A DNA stretch of 64,000 nt from an uncultured delta proteobacterium. GTDB lineage: Bacteria > Desulfobacterota > Syntrophia > Syntrophales > UBA2185. The notes under the pieces were generated by a model that saw only the letters and a list, made by a program, of their open reading frames with translations, made no database searches and was not told the DNA's origin. This document shows positions 1-9,924 of this stretch, in pieces (the first letter of the stretch is position 1; every line of letters starts with the position of its first letter). Made by a program: the position numbers and the translations under genes. The stretch is from the NCBI GenBank assembly GCA_963729715.1, contig CAVSPA010000005.1:416001-480000 (forward strand). Reading direction: 5' to 3'.

Positions 1-1
1 A

Positions 2-1072
2 CTGCTGCAGGTAAGCGGGAAAGCGTTTCAGGTACTGGTCGTAAGGCAGGACGGCAACTGTCTCCGCACCGAAGAAATTATTGTACCAGACAGAGAGGAG
101 CGCCATGAGCACCGGCAGGTTCTTCTCGAATGGCGCAGTGCGGAAGTGCTCGTCCATCGCACGGAAGCCGGCTAACATGGCCCAGAAGTTCTCCGGACCG
201 ATGGCTGTCATGGTCGAAAGGCCGATGGCCGAGTCCATGGAGTAGCGGCCGCCCACCCAGTCCCAGAACCCGAACATGTTCGCCGTGTCGATGCCGAACT
301 TCGCCACCCCTTCGGCGTTTGTCGAAACAGCCACGAAGTGACGGGCCACAGCTGCTTGATGATGCAGGGCCGAGAGTGCCCACGCCCGCGCCGTGTGCGC
401 ATTGGCCATGGTCTCCAGGGTCGTGAAGGTCTTTGAAGAGATGATAAAGAGTGTCTCTTCCGGGTTGAGATCGCGGGTGGCCTCCTCGAAGTCCGTCCCA
501 TCCACGTTCGATACGAAGCGGAAGGTCAATGCCCTTTTGCTGTAATGCTTGAGCGCCTCGTAGGCCATGACAGGGCCGAGATCTGAGCCTCCAATGCCGA
601 TATTGACGATACAGTGGACAGGCTTCCCGGTGTATCCCAACCACTCGCCGTTTTGCACCCGCTCTGAAAAGATAGCCATCTTGTCAAGAACCGTGTGCAC
701 CTGCGGCACAACATCGACGCCGTCTACCATAATCTCTTCGCTGCTGGGCGCCCTTAAGGCAATGTGAAGAACTGCCCTGTTCTCCGTAACGTTGATCTTC
801 CGTCCCTCGAACATGGAGTCTATGCACTCGCGGAGGCCGCACTCACGGGCGAGATCTACGAGGAGCTTTATCGTCTCACCGGTAATGCGGTTCTTTGAGT
901 AGTCTAAGTAAAGGCCGGCGCCTTCGGCAGCGAGGCGCTCGCCGCGGCGGGGATCATCGGCAAATAGCGACCGCAGATGCACATTGCCAATCTTTTTGTA
1001 ATGCTCCGCGAGAGCCTTCCATGCCGGGCGTCTCGTTAAGGTTTTTGCAGCCGGTGTTCTTTTCTTAGCCAT
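2..1072 (-). CDS. pgi: Glucose-6-phosphate isomerase, 5' part (runs off the left edge; not in ORF track)
   Basis: Manual translation from ATG at 1072 (GAGG RBS): [21 protein letters not shown]...LDYSKNRI...[14 protein letters not shown]...[10 protein letters not shown]...SKTFTT...[10 protein letters not shown]. Confidence 0.95.
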   Translation of the reverse strand, partial: MAKKRTPAAKTLTRRPAWKALAEHYKKIGNVHLRSLFADDPRRGERLAAEGAGLYLDYSKNRITGETIKLLVDLARECGLRECIDSMFEGRKINVTENRAVLHIALRAPSSEEIMVDGVDVVPQVHTVLDKMAIFSERVQNGEWLGYTGKPVHCIVNIGIGGSDLGPVMAYEALKHYSKRALTFRFVSNVDGTDFEEATRDLNPEETLFIISSKTFTTLETMANAHTARAWALSALHHQAAVARHFVAVSTNAEGVAKFGIDTANMFGFWDWVGGRYSMDSAIGLSTMTAIGPENFWAMLAGFRAMDEHFRTAPFEKNLPVLMALLSVWYNNFFGAETVAVLPYDQYLKRFPAYLQQ

Positions 1073-1459
1073 CGTTGTTTTCCTCACAATTAGATGCTAT
1101 CCAGTTTGAGAATTACCAAAATACTGGGATGCCACGCACGAAATATAATTTACCGAAAACGCGAAGCAGCTCAGGAGACGTGAGTATTTTCGAAAGCATT
1201 AATAAATCTTATTATTATCTACCAAATATTTTTTATTAAAAATAGAAAAATCCTTCAATCGGGAAACATCTGATTTGTCTCTTCATAATGCCTTAATTGA
1301 TGTTTTAGTAAAATATGTATTGATAAAATACAAAACTACTTTACATTAGTTATAAGAGATGAGGATATACCGAGCACGTCTAGTTGCGTTGGTGGAAATA
1401 TTTTCTCTCCTCATCGTAGACAACTACGACAACGTCCCTGCTCTTGGAGGTCGCCTGCA

Positions 1460-2419
1460 ATGCCACTCAACATGAAATTGGTACGGAAAGATGGGAAGCC
1501 CTTGGGCAGCATCGGCACATGGATTCAGGCATTCCGCCTTCACTACGTCCCCACGAGCATCTTCCCTGCCCTGTTGGGAAGTGTCATTGCGTGGGCGGCG
1601 CTCGGGAAATTCAATTTATTGTATTTTGTAATGGTCATCATCGGCGTGACGGTGCATCACATAGGCCTCAACATGATCGATGATGTATTTGATTATCTTC
1701 ACGCTGTGGATCGTTCACACGCTGAAGAGAAGAATCCCTATACAGGGGGGAGCGGCGTTCTGACGGGTGGACTCCTTCCCGCCGAATACGTGCTCGCGGC
1801 AGCGATTGTTTGTTACCTCATCGGGGTCGCCATAGCAATCTGCCTGACTATCATGGTCGGCTGGCCAGTGCTCTTATTCGCCGCCATCGGCGTTTTCTCC
1901 TCCGTTTTTTACACCATGCCGCCCATCAGGTACGGCTACCGGGGCTTCGGAGAATTGAGCCTGCTTATTAATTTCGGCCCCGTCATCTGCCTCGGTGCAT
2001 TCTATGTGCAGACGCAGTCGATTGCCTGGGAACCTTTTATCATTTCCTTTGTCCCCGGATTCCTCATGTGGTCTATGATCGTCATAAACGAGATACCTGA
2101 TTACGAGGAGGATTGCGAGGCAGGTAAGCTGAACCTCGTTGCCCGTCTGGGAAAAAGGCAGGGTGTTATATTATATGTGGCGGGGCTGGTTTGCGCTTAC
2201 GCGACCGTGTTCCTGTCCGCTTCCTTTGGGGTCACCACATTCGGTGTCCTCCTGGGACTTCTCACACTGCCGGTTGCATACGATTCATTTCGCATACTGA
2301 ACAAGAATTACATGGATAAAATGAAAATGGCCCCCGCGAACCTCGCCACAATAAAAGTCCACGCACTCACAGTCTCCTGTCTCATCATGGGATATCTCGT
2401 AACGGGAGTTATCTCGTAG
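1460..2419 (+). CDS. UbiA-family prenyltransferase, MenA-like (DHNA polyprenyltransferase)
   Basis: Multi-TM protein with NMIDDVFDY..VD, GGSGVL, YTMPPIRYGYRGFGE and NEIPDYEED..GK motifs; GGAGG RBS. Confidence 0.85.
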   Translation: MPLNMKLVRKDGKPLGSIGTWIQAFRLHYVPTSIFPALLGSVIAWAALGKFNLLYFVMVIIGVTVHHIGLNMIDDVFDYLHAVDRSHAEEKNPYTGGSGVLTGGLLPAEYVLAAAIVCYLIGVAIAICLTIMVGWPVLLFAAIGVFSSVFYTMPPIRYGYRGFGELSLLINFGPVICLGAFYVQTQSIAWEPFIISFVPGFLMWSMIVINEIPDYEEDCEAGKLNLVARLGKRQGVILYVAGLVCAYATVFLSASFGVTTFGVLLGLLTLPVAYDSFRILNKNYMDKMKMAPANLATIKVHALTVSCLIMGYLVTGVIS

Positions 2420-2605
2420 CAGGTTCTTGCCGTAGAGCTCTCACGCCACTGATTCCCCTATATGTTACGCATTCGATCCCGTCGTTTGCGCTCACATATA
2501 CTCACTCCACCCTGACTCACAAAATTGCAGATTAACGAAAGAACGGTATAGGGCTTTACCCTGCGCCCGGAAGAAAATGATCAAAGAACCAAATGACCCA
2601 ATAAC

Positions 2606-2897
2606 CTATTTGTCGGAACGCACCGGGAGCGCGCGGCTGTATTTCTGGATCCCCTGCGGATTGTCCTCGTCGCCGTAGTACTGAAGATATCTGGAATTAG
2701 AAGACCAAACCCACCAACAAGTAAGATGAATCAATTCCGCTAAATGGACATTATAACCACAGTTTCATCTGTTCAATTTTTGCCTTCATTTTGGGTGAGT
2801 AACTGCTCTTATCCGAGCTTGCCGCAAATGTTGAGGAGATCAAGAAGCTCAAGATTATTACCGCTACTAAACTTACGCTACGAGCCATTTTTTTCAT
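2606..2897 (-). pseudogene. Broken exported-protein gene: signal-peptide N-terminus joined out of frame to a DUF1566/Lcl-like C-terminus
   Basis: Strong RBS (AAGGAG) then MKKMARSVSLVAVIILSFLISSTFA..., stop at 2751. Another frame continues CGYNVHLAELIHLTCWWVWSS...SRALPVRSDK* to 2606, resembling DUF1566 C-termini. Confidence 0.4.
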
Positions 2898-2941
2898 CTT
2901 GGATTCTCCTTTCCTTTGATGCGTTTTTACTTGCACGTCAT

Positions 2942-3508
2942 TCATGGGTTCTTAGAAGAGTTTTTCGCAACCCATGCCGAAACCGCGTCCATGAATCTTT
3001 TGAGGAACTCGCGAGTTGCCTCATTAGTAATATTGCCATTAGCGTCAAACAGTTGCGCGGCACCCCCGATATACGCCTCGGGCTGCTGCATTGTGGGAAC
3101 ATCCAAGAATACGAGCGATTGCCTAAGATGATGATTTGCGCCGAAGCCACCTATTGCGCCAGGTGAAACGCTTATCACCGCACCGGGCTTTCCTCCCCAG
3201 ACGCTCTGGCCGTATGGTCGCGATCCCACGTCGAGAGCGTTCTTCAGCACGCCGGGAACTGAGCGGTTGTATTCAGGTGTCACGAACAGGAAACCGTCAA
3301 ACGACTTCACACGCTCCCTGAACGTAATCCACGCTGGAGGTGGCTTTCCCCCATCATCATAATCTTGGTCGTAGAGTGGAAGTCCTCCGATCTCGATGAT
3401 TTCAAGCATCAGTGAATCGGGTGCAAGTGTTTTGAGCACCTTTGCCATCCTCCGATTAAAAGATTCTTTGCGAAGGCTTCCTACAAAAACAGCAATCTTT
3501 TTAGTCAT
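2942..3508 (-). CDS. NAD(P)H-dependent FMN reductase (ChrR/SsuE flavodoxin-like family)
   Basis: GSLRKESFN, FVTPEYNRSVPGVLKNALD, SPGAIGG motifs. Confidence 0.93.
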   Translation of the reverse strand: MTKKIAVFVGSLRKESFNRRMAKVLKTLAPDSLMLEIIEIGGLPLYDQDYDDGGKPPPAWITFRERVKSFDGFLFVTPEYNRSVPGVLKNALDVGSRPYGQSVWGGKPGAVISVSPGAIGGFGANHHLRQSLVFLDVPTMQQPEAYIGGAAQLFDANGNITNEATREFLKRFMDAVSAWVAKNSSKNP

Positions 3509-3767
3509 TCCTTATCCTCTCGGTTTGGTTCTGGATGCAAGAAAATAAATACATTATAAAGCGCTACAAGTGAAATCACAACATGTTCACGTCGAAGGCG
3601 GTCTAGTGCCGCTTTTTCGCAACATTATCTTATACGTATATGTGGGCCTCATATGGATAATCGGAGGCTTGATATAGGTATTGATTAGCAAGAGGAAATC
3701 TGAATGATTATGATCACCTCCAAAATATGGATTTTAGGAAGTTAGAAACAGATGTCATCTGTTTCGT

Positions 3768-4562
3768 TCACCTGCGCGTCCCGGTTCGTTGAAATCCTGT
3801 GGCCTGGAACGTCGCTCGTCCAGAGGGTGAGCCTATAAAAGTCACGAATGCTCGCGCGACATCAGGTATCTTACTTGACTTGAGCACGACGGCAGCATAG
3901 GCAATCGCGTTCTGAATGCTCGCCGGTAAAGGGCCAACCAAGTCCGCGCCGGGAACAGCGACGATCTCGCTCGACTGGACAATTACGATCTCCGATTCCC
4001 CGTTGGCCACGCGGCGGACTGCATCCTCACCGACGGCCGTCAAAACGGTCTTGCCCCGCATCTGCTCTGCGATGCCGAGACGTGGGAGCACTACCGTCGC
4101 GAAATATGTGCCCGACGTCCCGCCGCGAGCCGGATCTGCATAGGTAATCGATTTTGCCGCGAGGAGTGTTTCTCGAAAGTCTTCCAGTGTGCCGATCTTG
4201 GGTCGAGGCGTTCCCGCCTTGATGCCCACGCCCACCCCGACGCTGCCCACTTCCAGCCGCGAGTTCGGTGCTACCAACCCAGCTTTCTCAAGCTCGGAAA
4301 TTCCTTTGGACGGAAGCACGGTAACGTCGGCAGGCACTCCGGCGGCAATCTGTTTCTGGATTCCTCCACCCGTGCCGAACGTGAATCTGATTGCGTGGCC
4401 GGTCTGGCGTTCGAACGCAGCAGCAGCGCCCTGAACAGCAGACCTGACTCCGCCCGGTGCGTACACGCTAAGTTCGGCAGCGGTTGCCCCAATCGGCAAG
4501 GAACTGAGGATGCCCGCAAACAACGGCACTCCCCAGAATGAGATTACTGGTTTTTTTGTCAT
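3768..4562 (-). CDS. Periplasmic substrate-binding protein, ModA-like superfamily (no permease or ATPase adjacent)
   Basis: Signal peptide; FGTGG, YADPARGGTSG, GPLPASIQ motifs of class II PBP. Confidence 0.8.
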   Translation of the reverse strand: MTKKPVISFWGVPLFAGILSSLPIGATAAELSVYAPGGVRSAVQGAAAAFERQTGHAIRFTFGTGGGIQKQIAAGVPADVTVLPSKGISELEKAGLVAPNSRLEVGSVGVGVGIKAGTPRPKIGTLEDFRETLLAAKSITYADPARGGTSGTYFATVVLPRLGIAEQMRGKTVLTAVGEDAVRRVANGESEIVIVQSSEIVAVPGADLVGPLPASIQNAIAYAAVVLKSSKIPDVARAFVTFIGSPSGRATFQATGFQRTGTRR

Positions 4563-4699
4563 CGTTCTTCCCCCTGTCGGCTATTGCCAAGACAAAATAG
4601 ATATTCTTCATGCTTTCTATTTATTTCAATTCTTAATATAATACATGTGTGTCACGTTCTTCTGTCTGTCTTGCACTGTTTCAAAAAAGAGGTCTATCA

Positions 4700-5302
4700 A
4701 TGCGGAAAAAGGATATCGTGCTGCTAATTCTACTGATTGTTGCTATATTCGCCACATTGGCTGCTTGCCTCTATGCATACTTCCCCGGAGATGTGGAGGC
4801 GGAAAAATTTGTACAATCCCTGGCGCCAAAATTCATGAATTGGGCTTTATGGATCACAAAGTCGGCGACTTTCCCCTGGAATCTAATTCTCTTGGCAATC
4901 ACTTTTTTTATTTCCTGGGGCATCGCCGGATGGCGCGTTGCTCTATTCTCCGTCCTCAGCCTTGCGGGGATGTTGATCCTGGGCACATTGCTCAGTCCCA
5001 TAATCGCCCGACCTCGGCCATCGCCCGCGCTGGTGCACGTCATTGGGTCGCCGTCCGGTTATTCATTCCCATCCGTGTTTGCCTTAACCTATGGCTCGAC
5101 CTTAGGATATCTGGCAATCCAGGCTGCCCGGAAGAAGTCCGGCGTGCTGTGGGCAATCTTGCTGTTTCTATGCTGTGCATTCCTTATAACCGGCGGGCTT
5201 GCCCGCATAGTTTTGGGAGCTCACTGGCCGAGTGATATTATCATATCATATCTTATTGCCTTGCTGTGGGCATTTTTCCTTTTACGCGTGGCCTCAAAGT
5301 AA
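4700..5302 (+). CDS. PAP2-family membrane phosphatase-like protein (variant catalytic motif)
   Basis: RPRP, SFPSVF and ARIVLGAHWPSD motifs; multi-TM; ATG at 4700 after GAGG. Confidence 0.8.
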   Translation: MRKKDIVLLILLIVAIFATLAACLYAYFPGDVEAEKFVQSLAPKFMNWALWITKSATFPWNLILLAITFFISWGIAGWRVALFSVLSLAGMLILGTLLSPIIARPRPSPALVHVIGSPSGYSFPSVFALTYGSTLGYLAIQAARKKSGVLWAILLFLCCAFLITGGLARIVLGAHWPSDIIISYLIALLWAFFLLRVASK

Positions 5303-5347
5303 TTCGTCTCGATTCCAAATACGGCCTTCCTCTTCATTTGAAGCAAC

Positions 5348-6733
5348 TTATTCCGTGAAAGAACATTCTTCGGAAATGGGTTTTTCCGATTTCCGGGAGT
5401 CCCTACGACGAAGAACGTATATCAGCCACAGGAACAAGACCCATGCGGGGGCGATGACCAGGGATGGGCGCATGTCCGGGATAAAGGCCATGAGAACCAT
5501 CGTCATGATGAGAAAGACTGCCGCAAAGTAAATGCTGTATGGATAAAGCGGCATCGGAAAAGCAGGCGTCTGTCCCTCACGGGACATGCGGCGCCGGAAG
5601 AAGATCAGCGTGAAGAGGATCATGAGCCAGCTTATCAGCACCGAAATGGAAGCGATAGACATCATGATGAAGAAGACCTTCTCAGGAATCAAAAAATTCA
5701 GGGCCACGATGATCAGGGTTATGAGCGACGAAAAGATGAGACCGTTTCTCGGAATACCCGAAGCGCTAAGGCGGGCAAAAATCTCCGGGGCGTCCCCCTG
5801 GCAGGCGAGGTTGTACAACATCCGGCCGTTGCTGAAGAGCATACTGTTGTAAACGGACAGAGCCGCGGTTATGACGACGAGGTTTATGACTGACGCCGCT
5901 TCAGGGATACCCGACTTGGCAAATATCTGGACGAAGGGACTTGCCTCTAGGCCGATCGCGCGCCACGGGAAGAATATGAGCATCACGGTAAAGGAGCCGA
6001 CGTAAAATAGGAGAATGCGCCAGACCAACTGCCGGATGGCGCGGGGGATCACCTGCTTCGGCTTCTCCACTTCTCCGGCAGCCATTCCTATAAGCTCCAC
6101 TCCGCCGAAGGAAAAGATCACGAGAGCGAAAGAGAGAAACAGGCCCTTGATGCCGTAGGGGAGCCAGTCACCTATGGTATTGAGGCTGGCCAGTCCCGCA
6201 GCAGGATGATCATGAATATAGCCGGAGACGATGAGAAACGTTCCCATGATGATCATGAGGCAGATGGCCGTTACTTTTATTAGAGCAGCCCAGAACTCAA
6301 ATTCCCCGAAGACCCTTACACGGAACAGATTGACGAAGGTGATCACCCCCCAGCATACCAATGCGCTCGTCCACGAAGGAACGGCTGGCCACCAGAAAGA
6401 GACGTAGATGCCCACCACGGCAAGCTCGGCCATGCTGACGCTGACGTAACAGAACCAGTAATTCCATCCAGAGAAGAATCCGGCAAAGTCGCCCCAGTAT
6501 CGGTAGGCGTAATGGCTGAAAGAGCCAGTCACCGATTCATGCACGCACATCTCTCCTAGGGCGCGCATGATCAGGTAAATGACGACACCGACGATGCCAT
6601 AGGAGACAACGATTGCAGGGCCTGCAACCTGGATGACGTGCGCGGAGCCATAGAACAGGCCTGTACCCACGGCCCCGCCGATGGCGATCATCTGGAGGTG
6701 GCGGTTCTTCAGGGAGCGATGCAGATGTTTCAT
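5348..6733 (-). CDS. Amino acid permease (APC superfamily, AroP/PheP-like)
   Basis: LKNRHLQMIAIGGAVGTGLF, GEFEFW, FSFGGVEL motifs; about 12 TM. Start could be 6781. Confidence 0.93.
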   Translation of the reverse strand: MKHLHRSLKNRHLQMIAIGGAVGTGLFYGSAHVIQVAGPAIVVSYGIVGVVIYLIMRALGEMCVHESVTGSFSHYAYRYWGDFAGFFSGWNYWFCYVSVSMAELAVVGIYVSFWWPAVPSWTSALVCWGVITFVNLFRVRVFGEFEFWAALIKVTAICLMIIMGTFLIVSGYIHDHPAAGLASLNTIGDWLPYGIKGLFLSFALVIFSFGGVELIGMAAGEVEKPKQVIPRAIRQLVWRILLFYVGSFTVMLIFFPWRAIGLEASPFVQIFAKSGIPEAASVINLVVITAALSVYNSMLFSNGRMLYNLACQGDAPEIFARLSASGIPRNGLIFSSLITLIIVALNFLIPEKVFFIMMSIASISVLISWLMILFTLIFFRRRMSREGQTPAFPMPLYPYSIYFAAVFLIMTMVLMAFIPDMRPSLVIAPAWVLFLWLIYVLRRRDSRKSEKPISEECSFTE

Positions 6734-6818
6734 AGGCTGCTCTTCATGTAGTTGGTCGGGCACCGATACGATTCTTTGCATCTACTCTTGCGATATTTTT
6801 AGCGGAATGATCTGTCGG

Positions 6819-8069
6819 TCAATCCTTATACTTTTTGGCCCGGCAGTCGATAGGATCGTTCCCTATGGGCAGGCAGGCATTGCAGGAAATGCATTCCGCC
6901 TTGTCCGGCCCCTGTCCTGAGAGCCATAAATTGGGCAAATCGGGTTGCCGGATGAGCGGCCTGCTCATGGACACGAAATCTGCGGCCCCCGATTCCAGCA
7001 CTTCTTTGATTCTGCTCAATGACCTGAGGCCACCTACGAGGATGATAGTTGCATTCGTCTCTTTCTTGAGGGCTGCCGCGCCCGGGAGGAAGTAGGCCTC
7101 CTGATCTTTGGTCTTGATGCCAGTCCGCGCCTCAGCCATGAACACAGGCGGCCAGCCGAGTTCTTCCTGCTTCCTAGTCAACGACTCATACATACCGCCG
7201 CTCGTCTCAATCGCGCTGAAACCGGTTTCGGTTATTATCTTTCCTATCCGCAACGCCTCATCGAGGTCGATGCCACCGGGAAGGAAGTCAGAGACGTTCA
7301 TCTTGATGAGTATGGGAAAGCGATCACCAACCTTCGCTCTGGCACGCCGGTAAATCTCCCTGATTATCCTGGTCCGATTCTCCGTCGAACCTCCGTATTC
7401 ATCATCCCTCCGGTTGGTCCGCGGTGACAGAAAGGAACTCAGAAGATAGCCGTGCGCGGCATGAATCTGAATTCCGTCGAAACCGGCTTCCTGGGCCCGT
7501 CTTGCGCCTTCGGCAAAGGCATCGATGATTTCTTCGATTTCTTTTAGGGTCAATGTCCGCGGAGTCCGAGTGAAGAAGGCGTCGTAGACTGCAGACGGAG
7601 CGGTTGGCTCCACCAGTTGCGGCGCTCCTTCGTGGGGAGCGAGTACCTCGGGGTGCTTTCTAACGTAGGCTACAAATGCCGGCGGAGCGACCGGCCTAAA
7701 CTTCGCAGCATCCTCTCGATTGACGACCTGTCTTCCGGGGTGGTGCAACTGCAGCATCACCTTGCAGTCCGGGGCAGCTTCCCGGACCGTCCGCGGTATC
7801 TTTGCCAGACCCGGTATGGAGGAATCGTCATCAACTCTCATGATCAAACGAGGCGACAACGCCCTCCCGAATACGCCGGTAATGCTTGTGATGATCAGAC
7901 CTGAGCCTCCTTCGGCCAGGGTTCGATAAATCCCGACCAGAGAGTCCGATACCTCACCTTTACTTGTAGCGCCATTCTCGTAGGTGGCCGAACGCACCAA
8001 ACGGTTTTTGATTTCGAGGTGGCCAATGCGTCCCGGAGTGAAGACCACTGACTTCTCTCTTGCAGACAT
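6819..8069 (-). CDS. NADH:flavin oxidoreductase (old yellow enzyme family) with C-terminal Fe-S Cys cluster
   Basis: KNRLVRSAT, AGFDGIQIHAAHGYLLSSFLSP.TN.R.DEYGGS.ENR, CISCNAC; AAGGAG RBS before ATG 8069. Confidence 0.92.
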   Translation of the reverse strand: MSAREKSVVFTPGRIGHLEIKNRLVRSATYENGATSKGEVSDSLVGIYRTLAEGGSGLIITSITGVFGRALSPRLIMRVDDDSSIPGLAKIPRTVREAAPDCKVMLQLHHPGRQVVNREDAAKFRPVAPPAFVAYVRKHPEVLAPHEGAPQLVEPTAPSAVYDAFFTRTPRTLTLKEIEEIIDAFAEGARRAQEAGFDGIQIHAAHGYLLSSFLSPRTNRRDDEYGGSTENRTRIIREIYRRARAKVGDRFPILIKMNVSDFLPGGIDLDEALRIGKIITETGFSAIETSGGMYESLTRKQEELGWPPVFMAEARTGIKTKDQEAYFLPGAAALKKETNATIILVGGLRSLSRIKEVLESGAADFVSMSRPLIRQPDLPNLWLSGQGPDKAECISCNACLPIGNDPIDCRAKKYKD

Positions 8070-8093
8070 GGCTTTCTCCTTGCTCAATAGACA

Positions 8094-8516
8094 TTAAGCA
8101 GGTCCCGCTGACAGCTTGACCCTTTGCCCGTCAATCTCAAGCGTAGTTTTAGAAAAGGTATTCTTACTGATTATCTTGCCATCCTTGAAATGCATCAAGT
8201 CTACGCCGCGCCTTCGCTCAGGCTTCCCCCGGTATCCTTTCTCACCTGAAGGCCAGTCCAGGGTCCATTGGAAAAGAACTTTTTGATTGCCCTCATCGAT
8301 GAAGGTGTCTTCCTCAGTGAAGCGGAAACCTCCGTGATTCTTGAACCAGGGATCCCAGGCTTGGTGGATGGCCTTCTTTCCCTTTGCTTTGCCGCCTGTC
8401 CAGTTTTCGAAGACAGCGTCCTCATGAAAGAGTTCCATGACCCCGTCGAGATCATGGGCATTCCAGGCCGCATACCACCGGGCCAGGGCATTTCTAATTT
8501 CCTTTGCGGTAAGCAT
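8094..8516 (-). CDS. SnoaL/NTF2-like family protein
   Basis: WYAAWNAHDLDGVMELFHEDAVF...GVDLMHFKDGKI. Confidence 0.85.
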   Translation of the reverse strand: MLTAKEIRNALARWYAAWNAHDLDGVMELFHEDAVFENWTGGKAKGKKAIHQAWDPWFKNHGGFRFTEEDTFIDEGNQKVLFQWTLDWPSGEKGYRGKPERRRGVDLMHFKDGKIISKNTFSKTTLEIDGQRVKLSAGPA

Positions 8517-8549
8517 AGACCTCTTCCTCCCCGTTATCTGCCGAATCGA

Positions 8550-8981
8550 TTATTTTCTTTCCAGCGTCATTTTTAGACCGTCACTGTCATCAATTACAAT
8601 CTTATTGCAGTCCTTGCTCATCTCCACTTTACCATCTGACCAATCCTTATCGGGTCGGGTTATCTGAACTTTTTTAATCCCGTCCTTATCTAATTCACCA
8701 CGTATCTTTTCTGTGCCTGCTGGTGTAAATCCGGTGGATATCAACGATTTCCCGACGAACTTATCACCTCGCTGCGTTATCTTTATCAGACTCTTGATAC
8801 TTCCAAAATGCTGCATCGATCCGTAAGGTTCATATAATGTGTTCCACTCGCCATTGAGATTACAAACCAACTCACCACTTGGAAGTCTTGCAGTATTCTT
8901 CTCCGTTTGGGAATAAGCGATGGATGTAAAAGCCAACAGGACAACAAGAATAAATAGAAATGAAAAGATTTTTCTTGCCAT
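8550..8981 (-). CDS. Hypothetical exported protein (predicted beta-rich)
   Basis: Signal peptide, LNGEW motif, two Cys; AGAGG RBS. Confidence 0.7.
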   Translation of the reverse strand: MARKIFSFLFILVVLLAFTSIAYSQTEKNTARLPSGELVCNLNGEWNTLYEPYGSMQHFGSIKSLIKITQRGDKFVGKSLISTGFTPAGTEKIRGELDKDGIKKVQITRPDKDWSDGKVEMSKDCNKIVIDDSDGLKMTLERK

Positions 8982-9103
8982 TGTGCATGCACCCTCTTTC
9001 TTAGATATGGCGATACTTTAAAATATCTGTTTTGATTCGATGGCTTTGGGAAGAAGCCATTCCTTAGAGGCTTAAAAGGGTTCTTTAGATTATGCGTATT
9101 TTC

Positions 9104-9916
9104 TTATCTCTTAAGATTGTAAACCGCTGTGGTCTCTGTCCAGTCCGTAAGTTCGATCTGGTTCAACCTCCGGACAAGGTCGCTGACCATTCCCGTCGAC
9201 TTTGCATCATAGACCTCAAAAATCCCTTCTCTGAAACCGATGGAAAGTAGCTCCTGTTTCTGCCGGGTCGCGATGAGCTTGATTCTTTCTTCAGCAGAGG
9301 CGTCCTTGTAGTTAGGCAGGAACATGGCTTTCAGATGAATAGGGTTGTCTGCCGGAGGGAATTGGTATGCCCTTCCCGCTCTCGTAAAATTATCCGGCAT
9401 ATTCGAATTGGGGAGAAGGAGAGTAACGGAGCCGTCTAGAGCAATGGAAAAAATATAGACATAAGAGTCTCCGCTTACCTGATAGAATACCTTTACTTCA
9501 TCTCCTTCCTTCAGGTCTGTCTTCGAGAGCGACAGTCTTGCGGAGAGGCCTTCCCCTTTCTCAGGATACACGGGTTCGATCAGGGCTTTGATTTTTATTC
9601 TGTAGAGGTTTCTCTCTTTTGCATCCCAATCCGATGCGATGATTACTTCCTTCGTGATCTTTCCCCTGACAGCGGCGTAGATCAGGTCTTCGGCAATCTG
9701 GCTGTTGGAGACTAATGTGTGGGCTCTAATGAATGTACCGACCGCACTTTCTATCGCCTTGCTCTCGGCATCCCGCTTGGCTCTGTCCTTTACCTCCTTC
9801 AGTGTATCCATCTCCGATTGATACGATGTGCCGTCAGCCGTAAACCAAAGGGGCTTATCAGCAGAAGCCTCAAGAGGGATCAGGAGGAAGGCCATGACAA
9901 AGAGTATTTTTTTCAT
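9104..9916 (-). CDS. Exported DUF4384-domain protein with FlgT_N/LPP20-like N-terminal domain
   Basis: Signal peptide MKKILFVMAFLLIPLEASA; KEGDEVKVFYQVSGDSYVYIFSIALDGSVTLLLPN and ERIKLIAT are DUF4384-like; ATG 9916 with GAGG RBS. Confidence 0.75.
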   Translation of the reverse strand: MKKILFVMAFLLIPLEASADKPLWFTADGTSYQSEMDTLKEVKDRAKRDAESKAIESAVGTFIRAHTLVSNSQIAEDLIYAAVRGKITKEVIIASDWDAKERNLYRIKIKALIEPVYPEKGEGLSARLSLSKTDLKEGDEVKVFYQVSGDSYVYIFSIALDGSVTLLLPNSNMPDNFTRAGRAYQFPPADNPIHLKAMFLPNYKDASAEERIKLIATRQKQELLSIGFREGIFEVYDAKSTGMVSDLVRRLNQIELTDWTETTAVYNLKR

Positions 9917-9924
9917 AAAACCCC

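Noticed and set aside
78..767. ORF-track calls in the first 800 bp
   Set aside because: Off-frame or antisense shadows of pgi, which the track missed because it has no stop in the window
2606..2897. DUF1566-like tail as a diversity-generating retroelement target
   Set aside because: No reverse transcriptase or template repeat seen in the window
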